A stretch of DNA of 64,000 nt from Ginglymostoma cirratum. Taxonomy: Eukaryota. Location of the stretch: the NCBI GenBank assembly GCA_024137785.1, contig JAHRHZ010000012.1, positions 69,347,286 to 69,411,285 on the forward strand, read 5' to 3'. The notes under the pieces are model-generated. The model was given only the letters and a program-made list of their open reading frames with translations, ran no database searches and had not been told where the DNA came from. Positions 1-13,100 of this stretch are shown piece after piece. How positions within the stretch are numbered: position 1 is the first letter of the stretch; each line of letters begins with the position of its first letter. A program made the translations under genes and the position numbers.

Positions 1-784
1 AAAAAACCCCACAAAGACTCTGTGCAGGAGCTGACAAGCATGGTGGCAGTATCCAGTACAGGAATAAAGAGGCCTCCTCTACTGTGAAGAGCATTCTGCT
101 GAGAGAAGTAGTTCCAGGAGTTCTACTTATCTTAGACAAAAAGTAAGGTTCTTAGACACATAACTGTGTGAACCCACCGAGGAATGAGTTTCTGAGACTG
201 TTCACCTTGGGGTTTGTGCATTTCCTGGATGGCCAAAATCTCCTGAGATGCACTGTTAGCTTCTGGGTGGTTTGTACTTCTCTGTCCAACCAAAAACAAA
301 TGATAAAACTGAGAATCTTCTGAGGAAGATATTTTGCTATTTCATTTTAATCTCAATGAAAATTCTTAAATGTAGTGAGGGGCTTCTGTAAGATTTGAGC
401 CGGGTTTCATGGATTACCCAAAAAAGGGAGATGATGTGTGGGAGAAAGTGATTTCAAAATATCTTATTAAGAAGCAATAGTTTAGATACGATCTGTAAGT
501 TAAATGCTCCATAACAGGAGAGAGCAGTTTACTGGTTTTGGACCAGAGAAATGGCCAGATTCATTTGATCCCTGAAACTTGACTTACAACTCTCCTGTTC
601 GCATCTTGCTAGACACCCAGATAAACATTTATTCAGGCAGTGGTTTTACACACTGTCATGAGATCCAACCTTAACAGGTTTAAGAATGTCTCATTTCAGA
701 TCCTATGCTATAGAAATGTCCTTGACAGTGATAATGGACCTGTGCTGCCCTGCTTTGCAATCTGTTACGGGCATTTCCCTCGTA

Positions 785-858
785 AGAGAGACAGAGAGAC
801 AGACAAAGAGAAGAGATGAAGCGGCAGAGACAGAGAGGGAGAAGGAGAGAGAGAGAAA
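785..858. repeat. GA-rich simple repeat
   Basis: agagagacagagagac...gagagagaga; explains the ETEREKERER ORF 686..871. Confidence 0.8.
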
Positions 859-957
859 ACTAATTCTATAATATCCCAGTGTATTAATTAATATTTCATA
901 ATTATTGGAAAGTTATTTCTTACAGCCCCAAAATAAAAAGCAGCAAACATTTATTCC

Positions 958-1167
958 AAAAGTTTCTGGAAAAGCTCGGCAGGTCAGGCAGCATCTGTGA
1001 AGGAAAAAAAATCAGAGTTAACGTTTCGGGTTCTGAGGAAGGGTCACCGGACCTGAAATGTTAACTCTGATTTTTTTTCTTCACAGATGCTGCCAGACCT
1101 GCTGAGCTTTCCCAGCAACTTCTGTTTTTGTTCCTGATTTACAGCATCCACAGTTCTATTGGTTTTT
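958..1167. mobile_element. Head-to-head Penelope pLTR hairpin (family A, ACGTTAAC type)
   Basis: Arms about 960-1030 and 1051-1122 are reverse complements; TSD aaacattta(t/a)tcc at 945-957 and 1168-1180; the same sequence flanks the GIY-YIG fragment at 62432-63417. Confidence 0.85.
1029..1066 (+). ncRNA. Type I minimal hammerhead motif (slightly decayed)
   Basis: GGTT CTGAGGA A GGGTC-ACCG-GACCT GAAAT GTT AACT. Confidence 0.7.
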
Positions 1168-1264
1168 AAACATTTAATCCGCATCATTGGTAGGAGTTAC
1201 TATCTAATTGCAAATGGATTCTGAAAGGAGTTGGTTCATAGGTGACTGAGTAGACATCATTAAA

Positions 1265-1580
1265 ATTTTAGAAGTTTTTAGATAGGGAAAATGTTTCTAT
1301 TTCTTGCAAAAAGAAAAACCAGAGGGCATAAAAATCAGATAGTCACTAACAATTCAAATAGGGAATTAAAAAAAATCGAGAGAGTGGTGAGAATGTCATA
1401 TTGTTACCTCAGGGAATAGATGAGGGGAATAGTGCATGCATTCAAAAAGATAATAGAAGGTTGTGTTGAGAGATTTGTATGAGGGAGGATGGGTGAAAGT
1501 TCAAGTGGAGCATAAATTTTGGCATAAGATTGATCAGACCTGCCTTAGACCTGCGCAGTGGTTCTTGCACTATTTTTCTT
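1265..1580 (+). mobile_element. Old CR1-type LINE 3' fragment
   Basis: gatagggaaaatgtttc...aaccagagggcataaa...gagagtggtgagaatg resembles the CR1 ORF2 end and 3' UTR. Confidence 0.55.
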
Positions 1581-1744
1581 GTTTTTATGTGCAGTTCATC
1601 TTATTTTGATATCTTACTTTGATATTGTGACCCTAAACGCAAAGTGACTCATTCTTCAAGATTATCAAGGGTTGTGGGTGGTAGACAGGCAAACGGAGTG
1701 AAGGCTGTAATCAAATCAGCCAGGACCTTGTTAAACCTTGCTTG

Positions 1745-2095
1745 TGGATAGTACATTGGTACAGTGATTACTATCTCACAGTGCCAGGGATGTGGGTTCA
1801 ATTCTACCCTCAGGTATCCACACTATCTGTGTGGAGTCTGCAAATTCTTCTTATGCCTGTGTGGGTTTCCTCTAGGCATTCCAGTTTCCTCCCATAGTCC
1901 AAAGATGTGTGAGTTGGGTGGATTGGCCATGGTAAATTGTTCACAGAATCCAGGGATGTGTCAACTAGGTGGATTAGCCATGGAAAATATAGGGTTACAT
2001 GGATGGGGTAGGGCTGGGTGAGACGCTCTTTGGAGGGTTGGTGTGGACATGATGGGCCAAATAGCCTGCTTCCACACTGGAGGGATTCTATGAAA
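1745..2095 (+). mobile_element. HE1-type V-SINE (tRNA-derived), with internal duplication
   Basis: tRNA-like head (ctcacagtgccaggga...ggttcaattc), V-domain tgtgtggagt...gtgggtttcc...cccatagtccaaagatgtg, tail cctgcttccacactg...attctatga. Confidence 0.85.
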
Positions 2096-2337
2096 TGTTG
2101 AAGGGGCTAAATGGTTTACTCTCATTTCCAGTTCTTTCTTTTTACTAGTGTTTCTTAATATAAAGGGCACAAAATTCACCACACAGAAGTGAGAGAAAAT
2201 TATAAACTCAAATATGTCCTTGCAAACTATTTAAAACATAAATACATTTTTATTACCTGATTATTTAGAACACTAGTAAAAGATGATACATGCGCTACAC
2301 ACCATGCACAGCATTCCCAGGTTCTGTACTAACCTTA

Positions 2338-2472
2338 CAAACCAAAAGACCTGCGGATGCTGTAAATCAGGAATAAAAACAGAAGTTGCTGGAAAAGCTC
2401 AGCAAGTCCGGCAGGACCTGTGAAGAAAAAATCAGGGTTAACGTTTCAGGTCTGGTGACCCTTCCCCAGAAC
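2338..2472 (-). mobile_element. Penelope pLTR fragment (family A) ending at a decayed HHR
   Basis: Minus strand reads TCTGGGGAAGGGTCACCAGACCTGAAACGTTAACC... Confidence 0.8.
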
Positions 2473-3314
2473 CTTCCTGGGTAAATGGCATATTGTTATG
2501 TAAATCTCTCTCTAAAGATATTTTACACTTTTTCTCCAATGGGGATGAACTGCTATATCTGACTGATATTGATAACGGAAAGAAATAGTTGGCCTGTTCT
2601 AGGCCTCTGCCAATATCATTTCAAATTGCATATGACTGGTACAGAGGACCACTCTGAGGATAATTTAGTATATGAGGTTCCAATCAAACTGCTGGGAAAT
2701 CAGGCACCTCATGGTTGGATACTAAGTATGCAATTCTGACAGGCAAGGTTCTTCACTGGAAGCACAAATTCAGAAAATATCACTGAAAACAATAGAAAAT
2801 TCAATAATTCATGGGTGTCTATGTTTATCACTCATGCATTTGAACCTTTCTGTAAAACACAGAGGCTTTGACATCTTTCATGGATTCTCCAATTTGTACT
2901 GACTAATTGCCCAGTTAGAGCAAATGTGGCACCTTTATTTCATAACGATAGTTGGCATATCACTTATTGGATGAAAACTCCGTACATGAATAAATTTCCA
3001 GTATTCCTATTTAATATTTAATATTTCATATTTAAACATATTTAACAGCAAAAATATTTTTCTGGTTTGTTCTGCTATTTATATCCCAAAAGAGGTTCCA
3101 CCCAGCCTATTTTATCAAATCCTATAGACATATCTTTTGATTACTCTCTCCCTCATGTAGTTTTCTAGCTATGTCTTCAATGTTTCAAGGCTATTTACCG
3201 CATTTACTACATATGGTAATAATTTACACATTCCAATGGTGATTTTTTTCTGAACTCTTGACTGCAATTATTAATGATTATCTTATACTTATGATCTCTA
3301 CTTTTAAAATCTGT

Positions 3315-4245
3315 TTACAATATCTATGAATGACTTGGAGGAAGGAAACAAATGTACTGTAACCAAATTTGCAAATGACATACAAAATAAGTGGAAAGGC
3401 AAGTTGGAAGTGGGTTGCAGTTTACCGAGATATTGATGGGTTAAGTAAGTGGGCAAAATGTTGGCAAATGGAGCATATGGTGGAAAAATGAGAAGTTGTT
3501 CATTTTGGAAGGGAGAACAGTGTACGACTTAAATGAAGAAAAACTGTAGAAAGCTACAACATAAAAAGACTTAGGGGTAGTTATGCCTGAAACTCAAAAT
3601 GCTAGCACACAGATGCAGCTGGTAATCAGGGAGGCTAATGGAATTTAGGCCCTTATTTCAAAGGGGTTGGAGTATAAGAGTCAGGAAGTCTTACTACAGC
3701 TATGCAGGTGTTAGTGTGACCACATATGGAGTACTGTGAACAGTTTTGGCCCTCTTACTTAAGGAAAGATATTATTTCATTGGAGACAGTTCAGAGAAAT
3801 TTCAATTGGAGACTCCCAGGTACGGACAGATTGTCTTACAGGTAAATGTTAAACAGGTTGACACTTTATTCAACGGAATTTAGAAGAATGAGCGATGATC
3901 TCATTGAAACATATAGGAATCTTAAGGATCTTGAATGGACAAATGCCGAGAGGACGTTTCCCTTGTATGGAGAGTCTAGGACTGGAAGTCATAGTCTCAC
4001 ATTTAAGGGGTGATAATTTATGACTGAGATGAGGAGGATTTTCTTCTCTCAGAAGGCTGTGAATCTTACCCACTTACAACTGTGAGCTGTGGGGTACAGC
4101 TCTTGTGTATATTTATCAGTAGGGGAATCAAGGATTATGGGGAAAGAGCAAGAAAACGAGTGTGTTGAGTATCAGATCAGCAATGATCCTGTTGAATAGC
4201 AGAGCATATTTAAGGGTTTGAACAGCCTGCTCCTATTCCTATTTT
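3315..4245 (+). mobile_element. CR1/HER1 LINE RT and 3' fragment
   Basis: Decayed frames encode NDLEEG, KFANDI and PHMEYCEQFW..YLRKD motifs; CR1 3' UTR. Confidence 0.85.
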
Positions 4246-4394
4246 GCCAGTCTTTTCTTATAGCCTACCCAATCAATCTACTTTATAATTTATATACCTC
4301 TATATGTCAAGTATTTCAAAGTGAAACAGCAAAACCATTGGTATGGTTGTTAATACGATACAAATTGGTGAACTGTCTTTTTAACCTATTCTTC

Positions 4395-4505
4395 TCATCA
4401 ACCTGCTCAGTAGAGTTATTATGCACCTCAGGCGTAAGTAGGACCTGATCTCAACCCTCTCAAGCCCAGGGGTAAGGACACTACCACTGCACCAGAATAG
4501 GGCTC
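4395..4505 (-). mobile_element. Short tRNA-derived SINE fragment
   Basis: Reverse complement ggtgcagtggtagtgtccttacc; same family as 18985 and 63590. Confidence 0.6.
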
Positions 4506-4734
4506 CTTGGTGAGTATTTATTTCTGGAAACTGGAATTATTTCAGCGTTTAGTTAAGACTTGAGTTAATGGTTAATTATTCTGCTAACATTCATTGTGGT
4601 GATATTGAGATTGCCCAAAAAGTTTGCCAGCAACACTAAAATTGCTTTGACTCATCAGTTGGTGAACAACATCCCCATTGCTTTTCTGTGTGTGTTAATT
4701 CAGTGTTGCTAAAATAATATTGATGAACCCAAAA

Positions 4735-4858
4735 CAACTGGACCCAAATGTTAACTCTGATTTCTCTGCACAGATGCTGCCAGTCCTGCTGAGTTTTTTG
4801 AGCAATTTCTGCTTTCTTTTTTCTAATTTCCAGCTTCCGCAGCTTTTTTTGCTTTTTA
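4735..4858 (+). mobile_element. Penelope pLTR fragment (family A)
   Basis: ggacccaaatgttaactctgatttctctgcacagatgctgccag... Confidence 0.75.
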
Positions 4859-5339
4859 TTATTGATGGATATTGACATTTGAGTGTATATGTATTTCATT
4901 TTTGAGCTCTCAATGCATAAGTGCCTTTTTAAAAACATAATCGATTCTTCAGTGAGCTAAACAGATTTAAAAGCATATGTTTCAGTGCATCCTGTTGAAT
5001 CTAAGGAATAATTTAAATATTTTTCAAAATTGTGTGAAGTTTAATGAATAATTTCAGACATGTCTATGGCATACAAAGCCTTAGTGGAAATCTAATTCTC
5101 CTGACCTAAACCTTTGAATGGAATACAAAATACATATTTGGAAATTAAGGGAGATAAAGGAATATACCGTTACAAGGGATGTCCTGCTCAACCTTAGGAG
5201 TGGCCACCATGCCATTATCCCAGTTTCTACAGCTCTGCTGTCATGAAATGACAGTGTAGAAACCTATATGCAAATTCAGTTACAGAAGAGAATGGAGAAC
5301 TCAGCTACACATTACATCACATCTTACTTTAAAGATATT

Positions 5340-5760
5340 GAGTATTTCTCAAAAAAAGTCACAAAAGCCTTCCATCTTGTACTCATCAAGACAATTAGGA
5401 AGTATTACCAGTAAAAGGGAAAACCAACATTTATATGGCATGAAAGGAAAGTGTTGATTTGTTAGCAAGTGGCAAGAAATGAACCACATCATGGCAGTCA
5501 TCTACTTTGTTAATTTGAAACAGACACAGTGCATGCACATGTGGTTCATTTGATGCATTTCTTGTTGCAGTCCTGATCAATCCAAATCAATTGGCTTGAT
5601 CTGAAATCTAAACAAATGTTAGCAGTTAATTGTCATTCATCATTCACCACTGTATTCTCCATTGTACAGCCTGTACCAATCAGAGTCTACTTGTTAACCA
5701 ATTAGAACTCTCCTCTCATTCAAATCATTACTTTTTTTTTTGCCAACAGTATTGAACTTC
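5340..5760 (-). mobile_element. Ancient PLE-derived repeat with HHR relic (family D)
   Basis: Minus strand 5394-5358 reads TTGTC TTGATGA GT-ACAAG-AT GGAA GGCTTT; homologous to 10290-10520 and 11430-11620. Confidence 0.55.
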
Positions 5761-5984
5761 ACATAGCCAGGAGTTTGGTTGCAGGTTCCTTCAAAAATGT
5801 GAAGTATGCGATGTGATGAGTCTGTTGTTGGAGACTGGAGGGGAAGTGTTTCCAGGACCAGTGCAGTGTTGCTTTGGGGCTGGCAGAAGACAGGGGTGTC
5901 AAGGCTGATGGGAGAGTGGGAGTGTTGGGTGATAGGGGGATCATTGAGTGAATGGGGTGGAGTCAGAGCCAACAGAAGAAGGGT

Positions 5985-6663
5985 AGTATTAGAAAGAAAG
6001 GAGGAGAACACAGCCCCATCTACATCAACAGAACTGAGGTTGAGAGGGTGGAGAGCATTAAGTTCCTCAGAATGACGATAACCAACAACCTGACCTGGAG
6101 TTCAGATGTAGATGCAATGGTCAAGAAGGCACAACAACTCCTCTTCTTCCTCAGGCAGCTCAGGAAATTTGGCATGGCCATAAGCACCCTCACTAACTTT
6201 TACAGATGCACCATTGAAAGGATAACAGTCTGGAATGGCAGCTGCTCTGCCCAGGACCATAAGAACCTACAGAAGCTAATGTGCACAGACCAAACTATCA
6301 CAGAAGCCAAACTTCCATCCATGGCTCATTTATGTAGAAAGGTTGCCAACATCATCAAAGACCCATCGCACCCTGGTAATGATCTCGTACAACCTCTTCC
6401 ATCAGGCAGAAGAGAAGCCTGAACATATGCACCAGCAGGTCCAGGAACAGCTTCTTCCTGGCTGTTCTTAGATTGATGAATGGACTCTCTAGCCTCAAAT
6501 AACACTGATCTTGTTAACATTGATCTCACCTAGCGCATGCCCTGTGCAATGTAACCTGTGTGCCTCTGATCTGTACAGCCTTGCTTACAATAATCTGCCA
6601 GCACTGCTCGTAAACAAAACTTTTCACTGTACTTTGGTACATTTGACAATAAGTCAATCAATC
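5985..6663 (+). mobile_element. Rex1/Babar LINE 3' fragment
   Basis: ORF 5952..6422 HSPIYINRTEVERVESIKFL..KKAQQLLFFLRQLRKFG..NFYRCTIE; tail ttttcactgtac...tgacaataagtcaatcaatc. Confidence 0.85.
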
Positions 6664-8089
6664 TGTCAGGTGAGGGGTTTAGTCAGGTTTGGCAGTGGAG
6701 TTGAATGTATATATTTATAATGATGTGTCCTCCATGCCAACTATGTGTCTTTTGTCTTTCTTGTTGCCCCATTACATTCTGGGGATTGCAGCTATGGTGA
6801 AGTGCACCTGCCTAATAGTGCAGGCCGTTGGTGGTGGTGGTGAATGTGTGGAATTGGGCTTTTGGGTAAAATGCGACTTGGAGTCACAGGGCGAGGGCTA
6901 CCTGGTGGCCAGGTGGAGCCTGGCACTCACAATGCCACCACATCCCTGCTACCATGTGCCATCCTTTAGGTGTAAAATGGAACTAGAAAATGGCTGGAAC
7001 AATGACCAGGGTGAGATCAACATATACTGGGTACTAGATCACTGAAGAGGTAAATACATGAAGCAGATATTTTTAGGCCTCATCTCCAATTTACTTGCAA
7101 TAATATCCTCATCAATTTGCAATGCTTCGGGTTTAAATGCTGTTCAATGGTGAATTGATCCATGCTGCTGCTCCTTGCAAATTGAATAGTGGTATTTCAA
7201 TGATGCAAAGTTAGCAGCAATGACATAAAAAGAGGTGTATGCTGACCAAAAGTGACCTATAATCTTTGAAACTTGAAAGAAGGCTCTTGGAACTGGAAAT
7301 AACCACTTTCTTGTCTTTCATATAATTTCAAGAATGGTCTCAACTGAATACAATGGAAGGTTGATTGATTATTGCAGATCAGGGTGCTGCATCTCTCACT
7401 GCATGGGGGAGAGTATGCATCGTTCATCTGCACGGCACGCCATCTCCAATTGTTCTCAGACCTAAGATCCTTATGCTCCCAATGTAGGTCATTGCCAGCA
7501 AACATCATGTGCTCAGTTGCTGGATATTGGTTAATGAGGCAGCTTTCATAGAAGACAATGTCAGATTAAAGAGGACCAGGGCTGATGGCAAACCCTGGAG
7601 CATAAACAAACCAAAACAGAAGCCCAGGAGCATCAAACTCAGTCAAATGTTACAGTGTGGGATCCACAGGACAACAAAGGTCTTCAGTTCTGACTACATA
7701 TCCTGGGATTGATCAATACTGGATGACCAACATTTGTTGGGTGCACACCAGCCTGGTAAAAGATGCCAGTCTTTTGGTGGATATCCCCCGAATGGTGGGT
7801 TCTGGGAATGACCTGTGGTATGATGGGGAAAGCATCAGAGACAAGAGGGACAAAACAGGGGCAGTGTGGCTAATTAGTGAGGTGAGTTTGGTAATATGTG
7901 GTGAAAAATCTCAATAAGCCTCTTCATGAAAGACCCTCCAAGAAACCTGATCCAACTGGCACTTAGCCAAATAAGCAAAACATTCAGCCCAATTTGTTAA
8001 TTCTGTTTCTCTCCCCCAGATACTACCAGACTGGACATATCTTCCAGAACTTGCTGTTTACATAGCAAAATATTTTTTTTCATCCTTCT

Positions 8090-9880
8090 TGACCAGCCTG
8101 CAACACATTATATAAATACCAACAACCATCTTCCTCCAACACATTTTTTTTTATCATTCAGCTCTGTGGATTTAAACTCATCTGATTCCATTCTTATCTA
8201 ACAGGCATTATGTGCAATAATTTCCCTTCCTGCTCCCACAGTGGTAACATCTGGTGTTCCTCAAGGACCTATCTTTTGTTTCCCCTTATATTTCTTATAT
8301 ATATGTTGCCACATAGCATTACCTGAAAATATAGTGTCAGTTTCCTAGCTTTACCTCACCACTGATTCTACATTGAGACATAGCTTGTCCAAAATCCAGT
8401 GTTGGATGAGCAGAATTTTCCTCCAGCCAGATATTGGGATAACTCTGTTCCCAAGCTACCAACTTAATCTCTTTCGCTCTCTCTTGTTGACAGTTGTGGC
8501 ACTGGATTTGAAACTAAAATCTAACTCCAAATTACATATCACACAATCACCAACACCGACTGCTTACATCACCAGATGACGTCCCTAGCTCAGATCATCT
8601 GCTGCTGTACCCTCATACATTTTCACTTCTAGACTTGTCTATCTCAGTTGTCTATTGGCTGGTCTCACTCCCATATTTCATCTTCCATTAGCCTTGGCTC
8701 ATCAAATTGATGCTATTCAAATCCTAACTTAGACTCAGCCCTATTCACCCCTTCCCCTTTTGTTGCTGACCTTTATTGATTGTTTCAATTTATTTATTGA
8801 ATGTTTCAATTTTAATCTTCTCATCCTTGGTTTACAGTCTTTCCATGACCCTACCACTCTCTATTTCAGTAACAATCTCAAGCCCTTCATTACTCTAAGA
8901 TTTTTTACATTCTTTTAATTTTGGACTCTTGATCTTTCACTACTTTTACTCTATCACTGACGGCAATGATTTCACAATTCTTTGTATACAGTAAATGGCA
9001 GAACCTTTAATATCATCAACATACAGAGGGATATAGTTCCCTGAAAGTGGCAGCACAAGCGGATAAAGTGGTCAAGAAGGCATATGGTATGCTTGTCTTC
9101 ATCGATTGGGGCATAGCCGATAAACATTGGAAAATCACGTTGCAGCCGTATAGAGATTTAGTGTATGGAATATTGTGTTTGGAATAATGTGTACAGTTCT
9201 GCTCACCACAGTATCAGAAGGATGTGGATGCTTTGGAGAGGGTACAGAAATAGTTTACCATGATGTTCCCTGGTTTGTAGGGTATTAGCTATGAGGAGAG
9301 ATTAGACAAACTAGGTCAGTTTTCACATGAACGTCAAAAGATGAGGAGTGATCTGATAGAAATTTATTATATTGTGAGAGGCAAGGATAGAATGGATAGT
9401 CAATGTCTTTTTCCCAAGGAGAAATGTCAATTGCCAGGGGACATTGGTTAAGATAAGAGGGCGTATATCTAAAGGACATGTAAGAGGCAGGTTTTTGACG
9501 CAGAGGATAATAAGTACCGGAAATGTGCTGCTAGAGGAGGTGGTGGAGATGGATACAACAGTGACTTTTAAGAGGCACCTTGACAGACAGATGATTTAGC
9601 AGGGAATAGAGAGATATAGAGAGTGTAGAGGCAGAAATTTTTTAGCTTAAGTATCATGCTTCGGCACAATCTTGGTGGGCCGAAGGGCCTGTTCCTGTGC
9701 TGTACTGTTCTTTGTTCCTTGATCTCATTGTTCTTTAGACTCTAAACCAGCCTTCCCCTCTAAACCTCTACCACTTTGTCCACCTCTCCCTCCTTTAGGA
9801 GGTTCCTTAAAACCTATCTACTTAACCAACCTTGGCGATAAGTCCTGGTATCACCTTACGTGAGTCAGCATCCAATTTGG
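8090..9880 (+). mobile_element. Decayed L2 LINE interrupted by a CR1 fragment
   Basis: tctggtgttcctcaaggacct (GVPQG), agacttgtctat; L2-like tail cctttaggaggttccttaaaaccta at about 9790-9820. Confidence 0.6.
8985..9720 (+). mobile_element. CR1/HER1 LINE 3' fragment
   Basis: YCVQF.SP.Y.KDVDALERVQK motifs; tail gggccgaagggcctgttcctgtgctgtactgttctttgttc. Confidence 0.85.
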
Positions 9881-10289
9881 GAGAGATGGCAGTTTAACAA
9901 AGGGTCAGCAGGATAAAATTATGACACAAATTGCACATGGGAATAATAGAGACAATGTGCAGGATCCATCACAGTTAAGCTGAGAATCCCAACAATTTTA
10001 ATTAAAAAAAATTCAACTGTGACTTAGAAGACTGACAAGTCCTTTTACATTTACATTTGAAATTCTTAGGCAAACTTATCTTCAACACCAAGATGTTACA
10101 TTATAATATAAAGAAACATTATGCTCACATACAAGAAAGGTTCTCACGAATATTTTGTTTGGATTAAAACTGTTGTGAATGCAGACACTTTTTTAAAGCT
10201 TTTTATCATCAGGGATCTTGAGTGAAAGCTTTATAAGTTGATACATATAGGGAAGTTGTAAACTCAATGTCATCATTAAGGAGCAATCC

Positions 10290-10520
10290 TTAACCATCAG
10301 TCTTGAAAAGTTAACCTGCCTGGTTTAAAACCGAAATAAAGCCCAGTAATGAACCAACAATCATTAACTGCTGCTTTTTCTATAACAATGCCTTGAACAT
10401 ATCAAAACTACATTAGCACTCTCATGTCATGTTGATTTTCCCTTTATTTGTGTTCTTGAGAATTGTCCTGACGAGTGCAACATACTGACAAAATATGTCT
10501 TCTTTCAGCAATATTCAATA
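10290..10520 (+). mobile_element. Ancient PLE-derived repeat with HHR relic (family D)
   Basis: TTGTC CTGACGA GTGCAA...GACAA at 10463-10491, GAAA arm deleted. Confidence 0.5.
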
Positions 10521-10632
10521 TAACTGGAACCTTTGAATTTTTTAGACTTGGTGTTAAGTATTCTTGTTGATGACGCAGATATGGGGTCAGAATGTCAACT
10601 CAGAATAAAACACAAGACCACATTTGTTAATG

Positions 10633-11126
10633 AGAGATAACAAGCATGGGGCTGGATGAACACAGCAGGTCAAGCAGCATNNNNNNNNNNNNNNNNNNNN
10701 NNNNNNNNNNNNNNNNNNNNNNNNNNNNNNNNNNNNNNNNNNNNNNNNNNNNNNNNNNNNNNNNNNNNNNNNNNNNNNNNNNNNNNNNNNNNNNNNNNNN
10801 NNNNNNNNNNNNNNNNNNNNNNNNNNNNNNNNNNNNNNNNNNNNNNNNNNNNNNNNNNNNNNNNNNNNNNNNNNNNNNNNNNNNNNNNNNNNNNNNNNNN
10901 NNNNNNNNNNNNNNNNNNNNNNNNNNNNNNNNNNNNNNNNNNNNNNNNNNNNNNNNNNNNNNNNNNNNNNNNNNNNNNNNNNNNNNNNNNNNNNNNNNNN
11001 NNNNNNNNNNNNNNNNNNNNNNNNNNNNNNNNNNNNNNNNNNNNNNNNNNNNNNNNNNNNNNNNNNNNNNNNNNNNNNNNTTGTTATCTCGGATTCTCCA
11101 GCGTCTGCAGTACCTTTTATCTCTGA
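10633..11126. mobile_element. Head-to-head Penelope pLTR hairpin (family B) spanning the assembly gap
   Basis: gagataacaa on the left and ttgttatctc on the right; perfect 14-bp TSD cacatttgttaatg at 10619-10632 and 11127-11140. Confidence 0.8.
10681..11080. other. Assembly gap (400 N)
   Basis: N run. Confidence 1.
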
Positions 11127-11429
11127 CACATTTGTTAATGGCCGAGTCTAATTTCAGGTAGTTGGTAGTTTGGGGTGTGGGGGTGGGGGGCGGTAAATTA
11201 ATAGCCAGCTAATGGACTTCAATGGAGACAGAATGCAATAACTTTGATCTTCCCAATTTTCAGTTGGCAGAAGCATCTATTCATCCTATACATGATGTCA
11301 GACAAAGATTTCACTTATAGCCGAGAGCACACACTTCATTGTGTGCATGGTTCTGTAATACTGCCATTTAGTAGCATTTTATTGACAAAATATTTTGCTT
11401 TATTGGGGTTTAATGGTTAAATAGTACAA

Positions 11430-11620
11430 AAGTAGAGTATTGCTGAAGTGTAACACACTTTGTCAAAGCTTTTCATCTTGTAATCAGCAGGACAATTTGC
11501 AAGAATTACAATGTAAAGCAAAACATTTATACTGTGAGAAGAGAGTATTGATCGGTTTGCAAGTTGACTCTGATTGTTTGATGCCATTACTATGAAGAAT
11601 GCTCCACTGAATGATGACTG
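11430..11620 (-). mobile_element. Ancient PLE-derived repeat with HHR relic (family D)
   Basis: Minus strand 11495-11460 reads TTGTC CTGCTGA TT-ACAAG-AT GAAA AGC TTT GACAA; helix I TTGTC/GACAA intact. Confidence 0.6.
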
Positions 11621-11769
11621 ACAGATTTTATCATTTTTACCCCTTTTCTTTCTCCCTTGGAGGACACTCCTTTCCTGGAGCATTATTCTCTGAGTTATGA
11701 ACACACTCAGGTAACATAATATAGTGTCAAAATCTTAACATGACTACATACAGAGTTCATTTCCCATGT

Positions 11770-11905
11770 CCAAAGAAGAGCTATAATGGACTCAAAAAGT
11801 TAACTCTGTTTCTCCCTCTATGACTGTTGCTGGAGCTGCTGAATTTCTCCAGCACTTGCTGTTTTTATTTCAGATCTCTGGCATCCACAGTATTCTGCAT
11901 TTATT
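11770..11905 (+). mobile_element. Penelope pLTR fragment (family A-related, old)
   Basis: aagaagagc...ggactcaaaaagttaactctgtttctc...gctgaatttctccagca. Confidence 0.65.
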
Positions 11906-12759
11906 CTACAGTTACATTCACCTGCGTACAATAATCAGTAGAGGCTCAGACAGATTTCTGCGGTTTACATACAGATGAACTAAAGCTAGAGCCTGCTGTT
12001 TCATCTACACTTACCAGACACAATTTATAATTGATTAAAATTCACAATCTCACTGCTATGTTCTGTAACTCCTTTAATCTACTGGAGGTGAGTGCAGTTA
12101 GTTCATGTTAGTCCTCAATCAGACAATTAGTATCGGAGCATCGAGTGTCTTATTTTCTCTGCTCATTCTCAGTGTAATTATCCATTTTCCAGACTGAATC
12201 TTGGGAGATAATGAGGTCATATTTCAAAAGAGGAGGGGTTTAGCTCCAGAGGTTGCACTGCATGGCTGTTATAACCCCAGATCAGTTATCAGCTGGAATA
12301 TAAGTACAAATCTCTCCTTGTTTTGTAACACCATAGAGCCGTATACTGTGTTGGAGACACAAGAGCGCATTGTGACGCACCTTGTGTGGAATGATTGGTA
12401 TGAGCTCTTCATTTTCATCTATTTACTATTGTGCCATGAATAAACACAAGAGGGAAAATGATTTAAATTCTACACTTCATATTCATAACTTTTTAACCTT
12501 AACATTTATGTGAAAATTTCTAATTGCATGAATATTTACAATCATTAGTATTAAAGAGCATACTTAGTTCAAATGACTGAACAGAAATGATTGCAACCTA
12601 CACATTAAAGCAAGACTGGTGATGCTCTCCTGCCAACTAAAGGAGCATTCGCAAAATTTGTTGCTGACTGATCATATATAAGTTTTAAAAAATCAAATGT
12701 AGAAGTGAAAGCAACAATAATGGTTTATTAAAAGACTACTATTTTGTAGAGACCTGGAG

Positions 12760-13100
12760 TTCTATGGACTTTGATCTCATTGAGATTTGACAGGATAGGT
12801 AATGAGGGGATGTTTCCCTGGCTGGAAGGTCTAGAACACAGGTTCACAATGTCACATTAAGGGTTTAGCTGCTTAGGAATATAAAGAGAATAATGTCACC
12901 ACTCACAGGATTATTAATCTTTGGAATTCTAAACTCTCAGGAACCATAATGTGAGTTTTATATTGAATACTAAGATGGATAGAGTTTTGGAAACTAAATC
13001 CAGCAACATGGGAACATGGCTAAAAAATTGAGATCATAAGAAATATCAGTTATGCTCCAATTGAAGCCATAACATGGCTTACTCCTGCTCTTATTTCTTA
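12760..13100 (+). mobile_element. CR1 LINE 3' fragment
   Basis: gatgtttccctggct..tctagaac..aatctttggaattct..ggcttactcctgctc. Confidence 0.65.

Noticed and set aside
1-600. Possible LTR fragment at the window start
   Set aside because: Composition is suggestive, but no terminus or TSD could be established
6740-7920. Possible Harbinger transposase remnant
   Set aside because: Could not recover ordered motifs by eye
10587-11161. Long ORFs of 156-180 aa
   Set aside because: Artefacts of translating the 400-N gap
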